From Bdellovibrionota bacterium (GTDB lineage Bacteria > Bdellovibrionota_G > JALEGL01 > DATDPG01), in assembly GCA_963668355.1 (NCBI GenBank), contig OY764265.1, forward strand, positions 2,705,742-2,769,741: a stretch of DNA of 64,000 nt, written 5' to 3'. The notes under the pieces were generated by a model that was given only the letters and a program-made list of their open reading frames with translations, was not told where the DNA came from and ran no database searches. The first letter of the stretch is position 1; the number at the start of each line of letters is the position of its first letter. A program made the translations under genes and the position numbers. Below are positions 1-8,951 of this stretch, one piece after another.

Positions 1-441
1 AACCTACCCATCTTCACACCCGGCTGGGAAGACTCCACTTTGGGCAACATCTTTACGGCCAATGTCATGAGCGAAAAGCTCAAGGGATACTCGTGCATGG
101 CCTCCGGATTGGAAGCCATGGAGGCCTTGGCCAAGTGGTACACCGAAACGGCTCAATCCCACAAAATCGGCTTCTTTCAAATTGGAGGAGGCATTGCGGG
201 AGACTTTCCCATTTGTGCCGTCCCCATGCTTCGACAAGATCTTAAAAGGGCCCAAACGCCGCATTGGTCCTATTTCTGCCAAATCAGCGACTCCACCACG
301 AGCTACGGTTCCTACTCCGGAGCGGTCCCCAATGAAAAAATCACATGGGACAAATTGGACGCCGACACGCCCAAATTCATCATCGAGTCTGATGCTTCCA
401 TTGTCGCTCCGCTGGTTTTTGCCTACGTGCTTGGATGGTAA
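1..441 (+). CDS. deoxyhypusine synthase-like protein, C-terminal part (5' end lies outside the window)
   Basis: Open frame from nt 1. Motif FFQIGGGIAGDF and C-terminal IVAPLVFAYVLG resemble the deoxyhypusine/homospermidine synthase NAD-binding C-terminus. Confidence 0.55.
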   Translation, partial: NLPIFTPGWEDSTLGNIFTANVMSEKLKGYSCMASGLEAMEALAKWYTETAQSHKIGFFQIGGGIAGDFPICAVPMLRQDLKRAQTPHWSYFCQISDSTTSYGSYSGAVPNEKITWDKLDADTPKFIIESDASIVAPLVFAYVLGW

Positions 442-1214
442 AACCACTCTTAAGCTTTGCGCTGTTGTGCTTGTTTTATAGCCAGGCACACGCGCTTGCC
501 TCAGAACCCAAAGAATTCAGACAGGTCATGAAGGCGCATGGCGGAAAATCCGAATTCTATCGCATGCGGGATGTCCAATTCATACGCCAAGTATGTACGC
601 CTCCTTCTTCAAATAAATGTTCGCGTATCTTGGAAAGATTTCTGTTTGAGGATGAGAAATCCTTCGGAGAATATGTGTCCGATCCGCCTCCCCATCGCAA
701 AGAATGGTTCGACGGAAACTCCATCCGCATCACTCAGCCCAAGCCTTCTCCGAAAACGCTCAAGGCCGCTCGAATTCGACGACAGGCCTCCTACTGGTGG
801 TTTTCCCTGCCCTTTAAGCTCGGAGACGACGGACTCCAAACCCAGAGGCGAAAGCCAAGAACTCTGGAAGGAACCCCCTACCGGATTTTAGAACTCCGTT
901 TTAAACCGGGGGTCGGACATGCCTCTGACACCTACCTAATCTACCTGGACCCTCAAAACCTCATCCGATGGGTCCATTTTACGCAGCATGAACTTCGTCC
1001 CAACCAATGGTTTCTCATGAAAATGGAACTCCATGAAGTCAGTGGAATCCAATTATTTTCCAAACGGACTCTCTTTGAGTCGAATGAAAAAGGGGAATTG
1101 GGAAAGGTTATGGAAGCGCACACGTTAAGCCAAATCCAATTCTGGAACGGGTTCACAGAACAAGACTTTGTTCCACCCAAGCTTCATCAAGAACCCTTTT
1201 CTTTTTATGAATAA
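435..1214 (+). CDS. hypothetical secreted protein
   Basis: 259-aa ORF with an N-terminal signal peptide (MVKPLLSFALLCLFYSQAHALA). No family recognised. Confidence 0.45.
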   Translation: MVKPLLSFALLCLFYSQAHALASEPKEFRQVMKAHGGKSEFYRMRDVQFIRQVCTPPSSNKCSRILERFLFEDEKSFGEYVSDPPPHRKEWFDGNSIRITQPKPSPKTLKAARIRRQASYWWFSLPFKLGDDGLQTQRRKPRTLEGTPYRILELRFKPGVGHASDTYLIYLDPQNLIRWVHFTQHELRPNQWFLMKMELHEVSGIQLFSKRTLFESNEKGELGKVMEAHTLSQIQFWNGFTEQDFVPPKLHQEPFSFYE

Positions 1215-1861
1215 TCCGCCGAAGGACAGTTCGCAGCCAAAACACACTCCCCGCATCGTGGCTTGATCGCCTTGCAAACCTTCCGACCATGCCAAATCAA
1301 ACGATGAGAAATCATCGTCCATTCCTTTCGAGAAACCAAAGCCATCAAGTCTTTCTCCACCTTCACGGGATCTTTGTGTTCTGAAAACCCCATGCGTCGG
1401 GAAAGCCTTCCAACATGTGTATCGACGACCACACCTTCATTTTTTCCAAAGGCCGTGCCCAAAATGACGTTGGCGGTTTTTCGCCCCACTCCGGGCAATT
1501 CCACCAATGCTTCCATCGTATTTGGAACCTTCCCTTTGTGATCTTTCCAGACTTTTTCCGCCGCCCCTTGAATGGATTTGGCTTTGTTTCGAAAAAATCC
1601 GGTTGAGCGAATCAATTCCTCAATCTCCTCTCGAGGAACCGTGGCAAAATCTTTGGGCGTTCGAAATTTTTGGAATAAATCGGGAGTCACCTTGTTCACT
1701 CTTTCGTCTGTGCACTGAGCCGAGAGAATCGTTGAAACCAACAATTGCCACGGATTATCATGGAGCAACGCACACTCCACATCGGGATATTCTTTTGCCA
1801 AGCCCTTCAAGAGCTTCTTCTTGAAATCCCCAGAATTTGATTTAACTACGCGCTTGGGCAA
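1205..1861 (-). CDS. nth: endonuclease III (DNA glycosylase/AP lyase)
   Basis: HhH-GPD motif LPGVGRKTANVILG, and the C-terminal 4Fe-4S ligand set C-x6-C-x2-C-x5-C. Confidence 0.9.
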   Translation of the reverse strand: MPKRVVKSNSGDFKKKLLKGLAKEYPDVECALLHDNPWQLLVSTILSAQCTDERVNKVTPDLFQKFRTPKDFATVPREEIEELIRSTGFFRNKAKSIQGAAEKVWKDHKGKVPNTMEALVELPGVGRKTANVILGTAFGKNEGVVVDTHVGRLSRRMGFSEHKDPVKVEKDLMALVSRKEWTMISHRLIWHGRKVCKAIKPRCGECVLAANCPSADYS

Positions 1862-3572
1862 GACACTTCTCCACTTCAGATACTGATCGTGTATTCAAGA
1901 CATCGTTCTTTGACAAACCACCCTTCCGGGCCATATTCACACCAAAGTCCAAATCATCAATACCATCCACCCGATGGGCATCCGGATTGATGGATACCAG
2001 GACCCCTTTCTCTTTGGCGTAAGAAAGAACCCGCCAATCTAAATCCAAGCGGTAAGGATTGGCATTGAGTTCCACATATTTTCCCAATTCTTGAGCTCGA
2101 TCCATAAGTCGATGCAAATTGATTTTAAACCCTTCTCTTGCCAGTAAAATTCTCCCCGTTGGATGCCCCACCATTGTGCAATACTTGTTTTCGAGTGCCT
2201 TTAGACAGCGTTCCGTCATGGCTTCTTCGGTCATTTGAAATTGCGCATGAACCGAAGCCACCACAAAATCGAACTCTTTAAGAACGTTCTCCGGATAGTC
2301 CAATTTTCCGCTCGGAAGAATGTCGGACTCAATTCCCCAGAAAATTCGAATGTCCGAATGCTTTTTTTGAACCCGTTCAATTTCTTTTCTTTGCTTTTTG
2401 AGATCGGCTTCCGTCAGACCGTTGGCATAAAATGCCGTCTGACTATGATCTGAAATCCCAATGTATTTCAGCCCCCTCTCGATCGCCGCCTGGACCATTT
2501 CTTCAATTGTATTCTTTCCGTCACTGTAGGTTGTGTGGCAATGGAAAAAGCCCCGGAGGTCCTTTCGTTGGACAAGATCAAACACATGTTTCTCTTTGGC
2601 TAGCTCAATTTCTCCTCGGTCCTCACGTAACTCAGGAGGAACGAACGACATCTTGAGTTTTTTAAAGAGACTCTCCTCATCCTTACACGAAGCAGAGGTC
2701 TTTCCTTTAAAAAGTCCGTATTCATTCATTTTCAGACCCATCGCCTTCGCACGAGACCTCATTGCAGTATTGTGCTCCTTGCTCCCCGTGAAATGATGTA
2801 GAGCAAAAGGAAATTCCTTATCCTTCACGACGCGCAGATCAATCTGAATACCTTCTTGATGGAGAATGCTGGTCTTTGTCGTCCCCTGAACCACAATGGA
2901 AGACACCGACTTCATGGACACAAACTTCTTCATCACCTCCAACGGCTTTTCCGAGGAGCAAAGAAGATCAATATCTTTCACGACTTCTTTCTTTCGTCTT
3001 AAAGATCCCGCCAGCGAAGCGCGTTTGACTTCTTTCCACGATATCACTTCATTCAATACTGCATTGGCGACCAAGATGGCCTCTTTAAATAGGAAACGGC
3101 CCAAATTCCGTTTCACATACTCGATGCCTTCCAAAATCTTCTCTTGGGTCTTGGCTCCAAATCCGGGAAGTTTTAGCAGACGGTTTTCTAGGCAGGCATA
3201 TTCCAATTCCCCAAGAGACTTAATGGAAAGTTTATCGTATAGAACCTTGATTTTCTTCGGACCTAATCCTGGAATTTTAAAGAGCTCAAAAAGGGTTTTG
3301 GGGAACTCGGAGCGAAGTTCCTGGTGATATAGAAGCTTTCCTTCAATTGCGAGGCCTAAAATGCTCTCCTCAATTCCCTTCCCTATTCCTTTAATCGACG
3401 TGAGTTTTCCGTTTTCAATCAAATCCCCAAAATCTTCATCCAATTCGTCCAGAGCTCGAGCCGCATTTCCATACGCCCGGATCTTAAAAGGGTTCTCCCC
3501 TTTCAATTCCAACAATAAGGAAATCTCTTCTAAAACAGAACCCACTTCATTTCGGTCCATTTTAAGTTTCAT
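1842..3572 (-). CDS. polX: DNA polymerase X family protein with a C-terminal PHP phosphoesterase domain
   Basis: 576 aa. N-terminal Pol-beta-like HhH and palm region, C-terminal PHP motifs (HCHTTYSDG, HP..R). Overlaps nth by 20 nt. Confidence 0.85.
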   Translation of the reverse strand: MKLKMDRNEVGSVLEEISLLLELKGENPFKIRAYGNAARALDELDEDFGDLIENGKLTSIKGIGKGIEESILGLAIEGKLLYHQELRSEFPKTLFELFKIPGLGPKKIKVLYDKLSIKSLGELEYACLENRLLKLPGFGAKTQEKILEGIEYVKRNLGRFLFKEAILVANAVLNEVISWKEVKRASLAGSLRRKKEVVKDIDLLCSSEKPLEVMKKFVSMKSVSSIVVQGTTKTSILHQEGIQIDLRVVKDKEFPFALHHFTGSKEHNTAMRSRAKAMGLKMNEYGLFKGKTSASCKDEESLFKKLKMSFVPPELREDRGEIELAKEKHVFDLVQRKDLRGFFHCHTTYSDGKNTIEEMVQAAIERGLKYIGISDHSQTAFYANGLTEADLKKQRKEIERVQKKHSDIRIFWGIESDILPSGKLDYPENVLKEFDFVVASVHAQFQMTEEAMTERCLKALENKYCTMVGHPTGRILLAREGFKINLHRLMDRAQELGKYVELNANPYRLDLDWRVLSYAKEKGVLVSINPDAHRVDGIDDLDFGVNMARKGGLSKNDVLNTRSVSEVEKCLAQARS

Positions 3573-4135
3573 ATGGATCGCATTCCCAACAGATCAAAAT
3601 CTGTTCGTTTTTTGAATTGGGTTTCCCCGCCATGTTCCGTCGCAATCTCTTGAATGGAAAGATGAGCTTCCGGATGAATTCGGGCAGGCGAAATGGTCGC
3701 CATCGGGACCGAGACATGGGCATATTTCAAGAGATCCGGGTGCGGAAGCGTCTTGCTTCCCACCTTTCCTTCAACCCCATCCACCCAAATCAAATCAATG
3801 TCGATGGTTCGCGGTCCAAATTTCTCACCCTTCTTAGTTCGACCCATAAGACGTTCAATTTGAGGAAGTCTTTCCTCCTGAAGGGTTTCTGGGCGAAGTA
3901 CGGTTTGAAGTTCAAGAACCGCATTCCAAAAAGGAGGTTGGTCCTCAATACCTACGGGTTTCGTTTCAAACACTGGGGAGACATCCACAATATCGCCCAA
4001 CCCTCTTAGGGCCGTCATCGCCTCTTCAAAATGTCTTTCCGGTTCGATATTGGATCCCAGAGATAAAAATGTGGTGAAGATTTCAATCAAAATCGGCTTT
4101 AGCCCTTTCCATCTCCACGCCCACGGACCTCGCAA
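3569..4135 (-). CDS. folK: 2-amino-4-hydroxy-6-hydroxymethyldihydropteridine pyrophosphokinase (HPPK)
   Basis: LSLGSNI...TKPVG...RTIDIDLI are HPPK motifs. The exact start is uncertain because the longest ORF overlaps folB by 53 nt. Confidence 0.8.
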   Translation of the reverse strand: MRGPWAWRWKGLKPILIEIFTTFLSLGSNIEPERHFEEAMTALRGLGDIVDVSPVFETKPVGIEDQPPFWNAVLELQTVLRPETLQEERLPQIERLMGRTKKGEKFGPRTIDIDLIWVDGVEGKVGSKTLPHPDLLKYAHVSVPMATISPARIHPEAHLSIQEIATEHGGETQFKKRTDFDLLGMRSI

Positions 4136-4454
4136 ATCGGAGGGCTCCGGGTTTTTCCACGCATACGCGCGCCCTCGCTACCCCCTTCCCCATCAAGCAA
4201 ATTCGACAAATATCATTGGCCAAAGCTTCCACGGTGAACCTCTTGGCTTCTTCCACATGAGAAATGATTTTTTTGGTCAGGGTCCGATAATTGAGATTTT
4301 CATCCAGCTCATCCGTTTGAGCCGAAGGCCGGAGATCACAATCGAGTGAAATATTGACCAAAATGTCTTGCTCAATTTCCCGTTCCCAATCGTTGACCCC
4401 GATTACCCCCCGGATCAACAAGTCCCGTATATGAATTTTATCTTTTTGGCTCAT
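4083..4454 (-). CDS. folB: dihydroneopterin aldolase
   Basis: Internal start MSQKDKIHIRDL. The DHNA family pattern is I.GV...E. Longest ORF is 4083..4634. Confidence 0.8.
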   Translation of the reverse strand: MSQKDKIHIRDLLIRGVIGVNDWEREIEQDILVNISLDCDLRPSAQTDELDENLNYRTLTKKIISHVEEAKRFTVEALANDICRICLMGKGVARARVCVEKPGALRFARSVGVEMERAKADFD

Positions 4455-4572
4455 GACGTGCCCTTTTCTTAACCTTTTTTGAGAAACAAGAAAACCCCTC
4501 GGTCCCAAGAGAAAAACCCATTCACTCGAAAGATTTGACCCAAATAGATCCTCTTCGTATCTTCCCAAGAAC

Positions 4573-5304
4573 ATGGATTTGAAGGGAAAAAACTGCCTCA
4601 TTACGGGAGGGGCCAAACGAATCGGAAAGGCCATCGCATTGGCCTTGGCCGAAAAAGGATGTCACATTGCCTTTACCTACTTAACTTCATCGCCCGAGGC
4701 CATGGAAACGGCAAAGGAAATCGAACGCTTGGGTGTTTCCTGCCACCCCCTCCAAGTAGACTTGGGGAACGTGGAAAACCTCGAACCCCTGGTTGCCCAA
4801 ATCGAACAAGAACTGGGTTCCATTGACATCCTCATTAACAATGCGTCCCGCTTCGAGCCCTCTCCCTGGCCGAATATTTCCAATTTGGACTGGGACGCAG
4901 ATCTGAACATCAATTTAAAAGCCCCCTTTTTCCTTTGCCAAGCCATAGGCCCCAAAATGGTGCAATCCGGAGAGGGGAAAATCATCAACATCGCCGATGG
5001 CTCTCTCGAAAAACCCTATCTTTCTCATCTTCCCTACTCCATCGCCAAAACGGGACTCATTACCTTAACCAAGGCAATGGCTCAGAAACTCGCACCCCAG
5101 GTCCAAGTTATGGCCATCGCGCCGGGCCCCATCCTTTTTCCCGAAGGAAGCTCTTCGACCGAACAACAATCGATTCTGGAACAAACCCCCCTGAAAAGGC
5201 CTGGGTCACCTGAAGATATTTCATCTGCAGTCCTTTTTCTGCTAGAGGGATCCGATTATATTACGGGGCATACGCTGTTCGTAGATGGAGGAAGGTTCTT
5301 GTAA
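4573..5304 (+). CDS. short-chain dehydrogenase/reductase, pteridine reductase (PTR1/FolM)-like
   Basis: TGGAKRIGKAIA cofactor motif, catalytic YSIAK, and a position within the pterin gene cluster. Confidence 0.75.
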   Translation: MDLKGKNCLITGGAKRIGKAIALALAEKGCHIAFTYLTSSPEAMETAKEIERLGVSCHPLQVDLGNVENLEPLVAQIEQELGSIDILINNASRFEPSPWPNISNLDWDADLNINLKAPFFLCQAIGPKMVQSGEGKIINIADGSLEKPYLSHLPYSIAKTGLITLTKAMAQKLAPQVQVMAIAPGPILFPEGSSSTEQQSILEQTPLKRPGSPEDISSAVLFLLEGSDYITGHTLFVDGGRFL

Positions 5305-5306
5305 TC

Positions 5307-5711
5307 ATGCATTCAATCACTCAAGAAATTGATTTTTGTTATGGCCACCGATTGGTTGGACATCCTGGTCCCTGTAAGCATTTGCATGGCCACAATGCCC
5401 GAGTGGAAATGACATTCGTCGCGAACAAACTGGATGAACGGGGAATGGTCTTGGATTTTACGGAAGTGAAAGCCAAAATGAAAACCTGGATCGATGAAAC
5501 CTTGGACCATCAAATGGTTCTTCACAAAAGCGACCCCATTCTCCCAGTTCTCCAGGAACACGAAGAATCCATTGTCGTGACAGAAATCCCTCCCACGGCG
5601 GAGCACTTGGCTCGATTGATCTTCAATCAGGCTCGTTCGTTCGGCCTTCCCATTTCCCGAGTCGATGTTTGGGAAACCCCACGACAAAAGGCCTCTTTTT
5701 TCGAGGAATAA
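5307..5711 (+). CDS. 6-pyruvoyl-tetrahydropterin synthase / QueD family protein
   Basis: 134 aa. CxxxHGH zinc motif (CYGHRLVGHPGPCKHLHGH) is typical of PTPS/QueD. Confidence 0.8.
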   Translation: MHSITQEIDFCYGHRLVGHPGPCKHLHGHNARVEMTFVANKLDERGMVLDFTEVKAKMKTWIDETLDHQMVLHKSDPILPVLQEHEESIVVTEIPPTAEHLARLIFNQARSFGLPISRVDVWETPRQKASFFEE

Positions 5712-5714
5712 AGC

Positions 5715-6020
5715 TTACTGGCTTTTGGGGGCTTCGACGCCATCGGGGAGGGTCTCGACGATCATTCCTTCGTGGGCCGGTGTTTGACAACAAAGAACTT
5801 CTTCCGAATCGGAACTGTCTCTTCGCAAAACCGCCATGCAGTTTTCACAATTTCCGTTCCAACAAAAATTTTCAAACTGAATATTGAAATCCAGATACTG
5901 ATAACAGCGCAACAGCTCCAAACCATCGGGAACTTGGTACTCCGTTCCTTGAATGTGAATGGTTACGAGCTGGCTCGTATCGCCAAATAACAGGTTTTTC
6001 TCTTCATCTGTCAACGTCAT
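5715..6020 (-). CDS. small putative (2Fe-2S)-binding protein
   Basis: 101 aa. Cys pattern C-x4-C-x2-C...CC ([10 protein letters not shown]...LCC) resembles HcnA/NuoG-N-type 2Fe-2S domains. Confidence 0.45.
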   Translation of the reverse strand: MTLTDEEKNLLFGDTSQLVTIHIQGTEYQVPDGLELLRCYQYLDFNIQFENFCWNGNCENCMAVLRRDSSDSEEVLCCQTPAHEGMIVETLPDGVEAPKSQ

Positions 6021-6604
6021 AGAGCTTTGTGAATTAGGGAGAGAAATTCAGACCGGGTCGATTGCTTTTCTCTGAAAGCTCCCAACATGGCACTTGTAAG
6101 GGCCACAGAATTCTGTTTCTCCACGCCCCGCATTTGCATACAAAGATGTTTCCCTTCCATGACCACCGCCACCCCCAGGGGCTTAACCACCCTCTGAATG
6201 GTTTCAGCCACTTGCTGAGTCAAACGCTCTTGGACTTGCAATCGCCGGGCATAAATTTCCACCATGCGAGCCAATTTGGATAACCCGATGATGCTTTTAT
6301 GGGGAATATAGGCAATATGACATTTCCCGAAAAATGGAAGCATATGATGTTCACAAAGACTGAAGAAATCGATGTCCCGAACAACGACCATTTCACTCGT
6401 ATCAGCCTCAAACACGGCATTATTTAAAACCTCAACCGGATCTTCCTTATATCCCTTTGTTAAATATGCCAGGGAAGCGGCTACTCGCTCGGGAGTCTTA
6501 AGAAGCCCCTCTCGATTCGGATCTTCGCCCAATAATTCCAATATCGATTGAATGTGTTTTTCCATGAGGCGGCGGATGGAATCAGATTCCGGATCCTTGG
6601 TCAA
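6017..6604 (-). CDS. folE: GTP cyclohydrolase I
   Basis: CEHHMLPF and [15 protein letters not shown] are GCH-I signatures. Confidence 0.9.
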   Translation of the reverse strand: MTKDPESDSIRRLMEKHIQSILELLGEDPNREGLLKTPERVAASLAYLTKGYKEDPVEVLNNAVFEADTSEMVVVRDIDFFSLCEHHMLPFFGKCHIAYIPHKSIIGLSKLARMVEIYARRLQVQERLTQQVAETIQRVVKPLGVAVVMEGKHLCMQMRGVEKQNSVALTSAMLGAFREKQSTRSEFLSLIHKAL

Positions 6605-6641
6605 CTACCCTCTTGAAACGTATGCTAAAATGCGTCTCTAA

Positions 6642-7448
6642 ATGGCACGATCAACCGAGAAGCCCAGAAATCTTCGTAGCCCGCTGGTCTTGTCTGTTCT
6701 TTTACATTTACTGATCCTTCCACTCCTTCCCTTGTTTTTTTCGGCCGAAAACTCAGAAGCTGGAACGCCATCTCCCATGAAGGTTCGCGTTTTTCCCCTT
6801 CCAAAGCCCCAAAATGACCGGTTAAAGGGACAAATCGTTGACGTTCCCAATTCTTCTTCGTCGGAAACCCCAAATCAAAGCCAGTATTTGAGTGATCGAA
6901 ACCGAACCGTCACGAAACAAACGCAGTCCCGATACACGGGCCCAAATCAGACCCCAGCTCAATCTCTCGAATCTAAAGACACTCAGGAGGGAAAATTAAA
7001 CCTCGACCTTCCAAAAACCTTCTTAAAGGAGATGAAGAAGCAACAACAACAACTCGCAGCCCTCTCTCCAAAGAACTACCTTCCGGAGGTGTCTTTTGGG
7101 GACGAGACGCTTCTTAACACCAAGGAATTCGCTTATTCGTCTTTCTATGTCCGGATGAAACGACAAATTGAGATGAATTGGTCTCCCCAACGTTTACAAC
7201 TCAGCGCGCTGGCCGGCAGAGATCAATGGACCACGGTCATTCAATTTACGCTGACCAAGTATGGCGACCTTGCCAATATGAGAATGCTTCGCTCTTCAGG
7301 AAATATGTTTTTGGATCAGGAAGCCCTAAAAGCCATCAAAGCGTCGGCCCCTTTTTTAAACCCACCTACGGACCTCATCGAACCCGATGGGAAAATCAGG
7401 CGGATTCCCCTCATGCATTTCATTGTCAATACGTCTACGTTGTTTTAA
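6642..7448 (+). CDS. TonB-family energy transducer-like protein
   Basis: N-terminal membrane anchor, low-complexity Pro/Gln-rich linker, and a C-terminal TonB-C-like region (YVRMKRQIEMNWSPQ...). Confidence 0.55.
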   Translation: MARSTEKPRNLRSPLVLSVLLHLLILPLLPLFFSAENSEAGTPSPMKVRVFPLPKPQNDRLKGQIVDVPNSSSSETPNQSQYLSDRNRTVTKQTQSRYTGPNQTPAQSLESKDTQEGKLNLDLPKTFLKEMKKQQQQLAALSPKNYLPEVSFGDETLLNTKEFAYSSFYVRMKRQIEMNWSPQRLQLSALAGRDQWTTVIQFTLTKYGDLANMRMLRSSGNMFLDQEALKAIKASAPFLNPPTDLIEPDGKIRRIPLMHFIVNTSTLF

Positions 7449-7457
7449 GAAATCGCC

Positions 7458-8951
7458 CTAAGAATTCTTTTTGTTCCATGTGAGAACCGGTTCTCGGGCA
7501 GCTGTAGTTTCATCAAAACGTCCGACACCCAAACGATGAGGTGCTTCTTTCACCTTCTTCGGAGCGTCTTTGGCCTCTTTGGCAATGTGAGCCATGGTTT
7601 CCACGAAGTAGTCGAGCGTCCCTTTGGATTCACTTTCCGTCGGTTCGATCATGAGAGCTCCACGAACGACCAAAGGAAAATAAATGGTTGGAGGGTGAAT
7701 CCCAAAGTCCATCAAGCGCTTCGCGATGTCCAAGGTGGAAACTTCGTTTTCCTTCATTTGAATTTTATCGGTGAAAACAGCCTCATGGAGCGTCGGCGAA
7801 TCATAGGGCAAGTGAAAATGCTTTTTGAGCTTCGCCTTTACGTAGTTAGCGTTCAACACGGCTCCTTCGCTGATTTCGGCGATATGTTCCTTGCCAAAAG
7901 CATAAATATAGCAAAGGGCACGAACCAACATCCCAAAGTTTCCGTGAAAGGCCCGAAAACGTCCAACGGACCTTGGAACAAAATGATCCAAGCTATAAAT
8001 GCCGTCCCGAAATCGAACAACCGGAACCGGCAAATAATCCAAAAGCTTCTCGGAAACCACAACCGGACCCGCTCCAGGACCTCCTCCACCGTGAGGCGTT
8101 GAAAACGTCTTGTGCAGATTGATATGCATGCAATCCACGCCCATGGCCGCGATGTTTACTTTTCCGACCACCGCATTGAGATTCGCTCCATCGCAATAGA
8201 CCAATCCACCTCGGTCATGCACCAACTTGGAAATCTCTACAATATGTTCCTCATAAATTCCCAACGTATTGGGGACCGTGATCATGAGGGCTGCCACATT
8301 CTCATCCATGACCTTATCAAGTTCGTCCAGGTCAATCATTCCTTTGTCATTGGATTTGACGGTCTTTACTTTGAGATTGGAGAGCGCGGCACTGGCAGGA
8401 TTGGTCCCGTGTGCAGAATCCGGAATGAGGATCACATTTCGAGTTTTGTTGCCTTTGTGACGATGGTAGGCGTTGATCATTTTCACACCGACCAACTCTC
8501 CATGAGCGCCGGCAGCCGGATGAAGCGTGCACCCCTTCATTCCCGTAATGGCCATCAAAGCCTCCTGGAGTTTGTACATCACCTCCAAAGCACCCTGGGA
8601 GTGTTTCTCTCCCACCAACGGATGCAAACGGTTAAACCCTTCTTCCGCAGCGACTTTTTCATTCACTTTGGGGTTGTATTTCATTGTGCAGGAGCCCAAA
8701 GGATAGAAACCGTGATCGATTCCAAAATTGAGTTCGGAAATTCGCGTAAAGTGCCGGACGACTTCCATCTCAGAAAGGTTGGGAAACTTTGGGATGTCTT
8801 CCCGACACAAATCTTCTGGAATGGGCTGATCTGAATCCTTTGAGAAGGAGGGAAAATACCCATGGTCCTTTAGAACTTCTGCGCCGTGGTCTTCTTCCCA
8901 CAAGGTTGGAACTTTATGCCTAGCTCTCTGGCTTTCTCTGGGGCCTTTCAT
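7458..8951 (-). CDS. gcvPB: glycine dehydrogenase (decarboxylating) subunit 2
   Basis: 497 aa. PLP-dependent fold with HLNLHKTFS lysine motif. Overlaps gcvPA by 4 nt. Confidence 0.9.
   Translation of the reverse strand: MKGPRESQRARHKVPTLWEEDHGAEVLKDHGYFPSFSKDSDQPIPEDLCREDIPKFPNLSEMEVVRHFTRISELNFGIDHGFYPLGSCTMKYNPKVNEKVAAEEGFNRLHPLVGEKHSQGALEVMYKLQEALMAITGMKGCTLHPAAGAHGELVGVKMINAYHRHKGNKTRNVILIPDSAHGTNPASAALSNLKVKTVKSNDKGMIDLDELDKVMDENVAALMITVPNTLGIYEEHIVEISKLVHDRGGLVYCDGANLNAVVGKVNIAAMGVDCMHINLHKTFSTPHGGGGPGAGPVVVSEKLLDYLPVPVVRFRDGIYSLDHFVPRSVGRFRAFHGNFGMLVRALCYIYAFGKEHIAEISEGAVLNANYVKAKLKKHFHLPYDSPTLHEAVFTDKIQMKENEVSTLDIAKRLMDFGIHPPTIYFPLVVRGALMIEPTESESKGTLDYFVETMAHIAKEAKDAPKKVKEAPHRLGVGRFDETTAAREPVLTWNKKNS

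Noticed and set aside
4-489. 161-aa minus-strand ORF covering the start of the window
   Set aside because: It lies entirely antisense to the well-supported deoxyhypusine-synthase-like frame, and its product is Gly/Arg-rich low complexity. It is a shadow ORF.
8112-8834. 240-aa plus-strand ORF inside gcvPB. Similar long antisense ORFs sit inside folD (12025..12486), the GGDEF gene (15022..15537), the M23 peptidase gene (27347..27970), rsmI (44093..44596), rnc (53301..53969), the methylthiotransferase gene (54434..55102) and the giant ORF (several).
   Set aside because: All are antisense to genes with strong family signatures and have His/Arg/Ser-rich composition typical of shadow frames.
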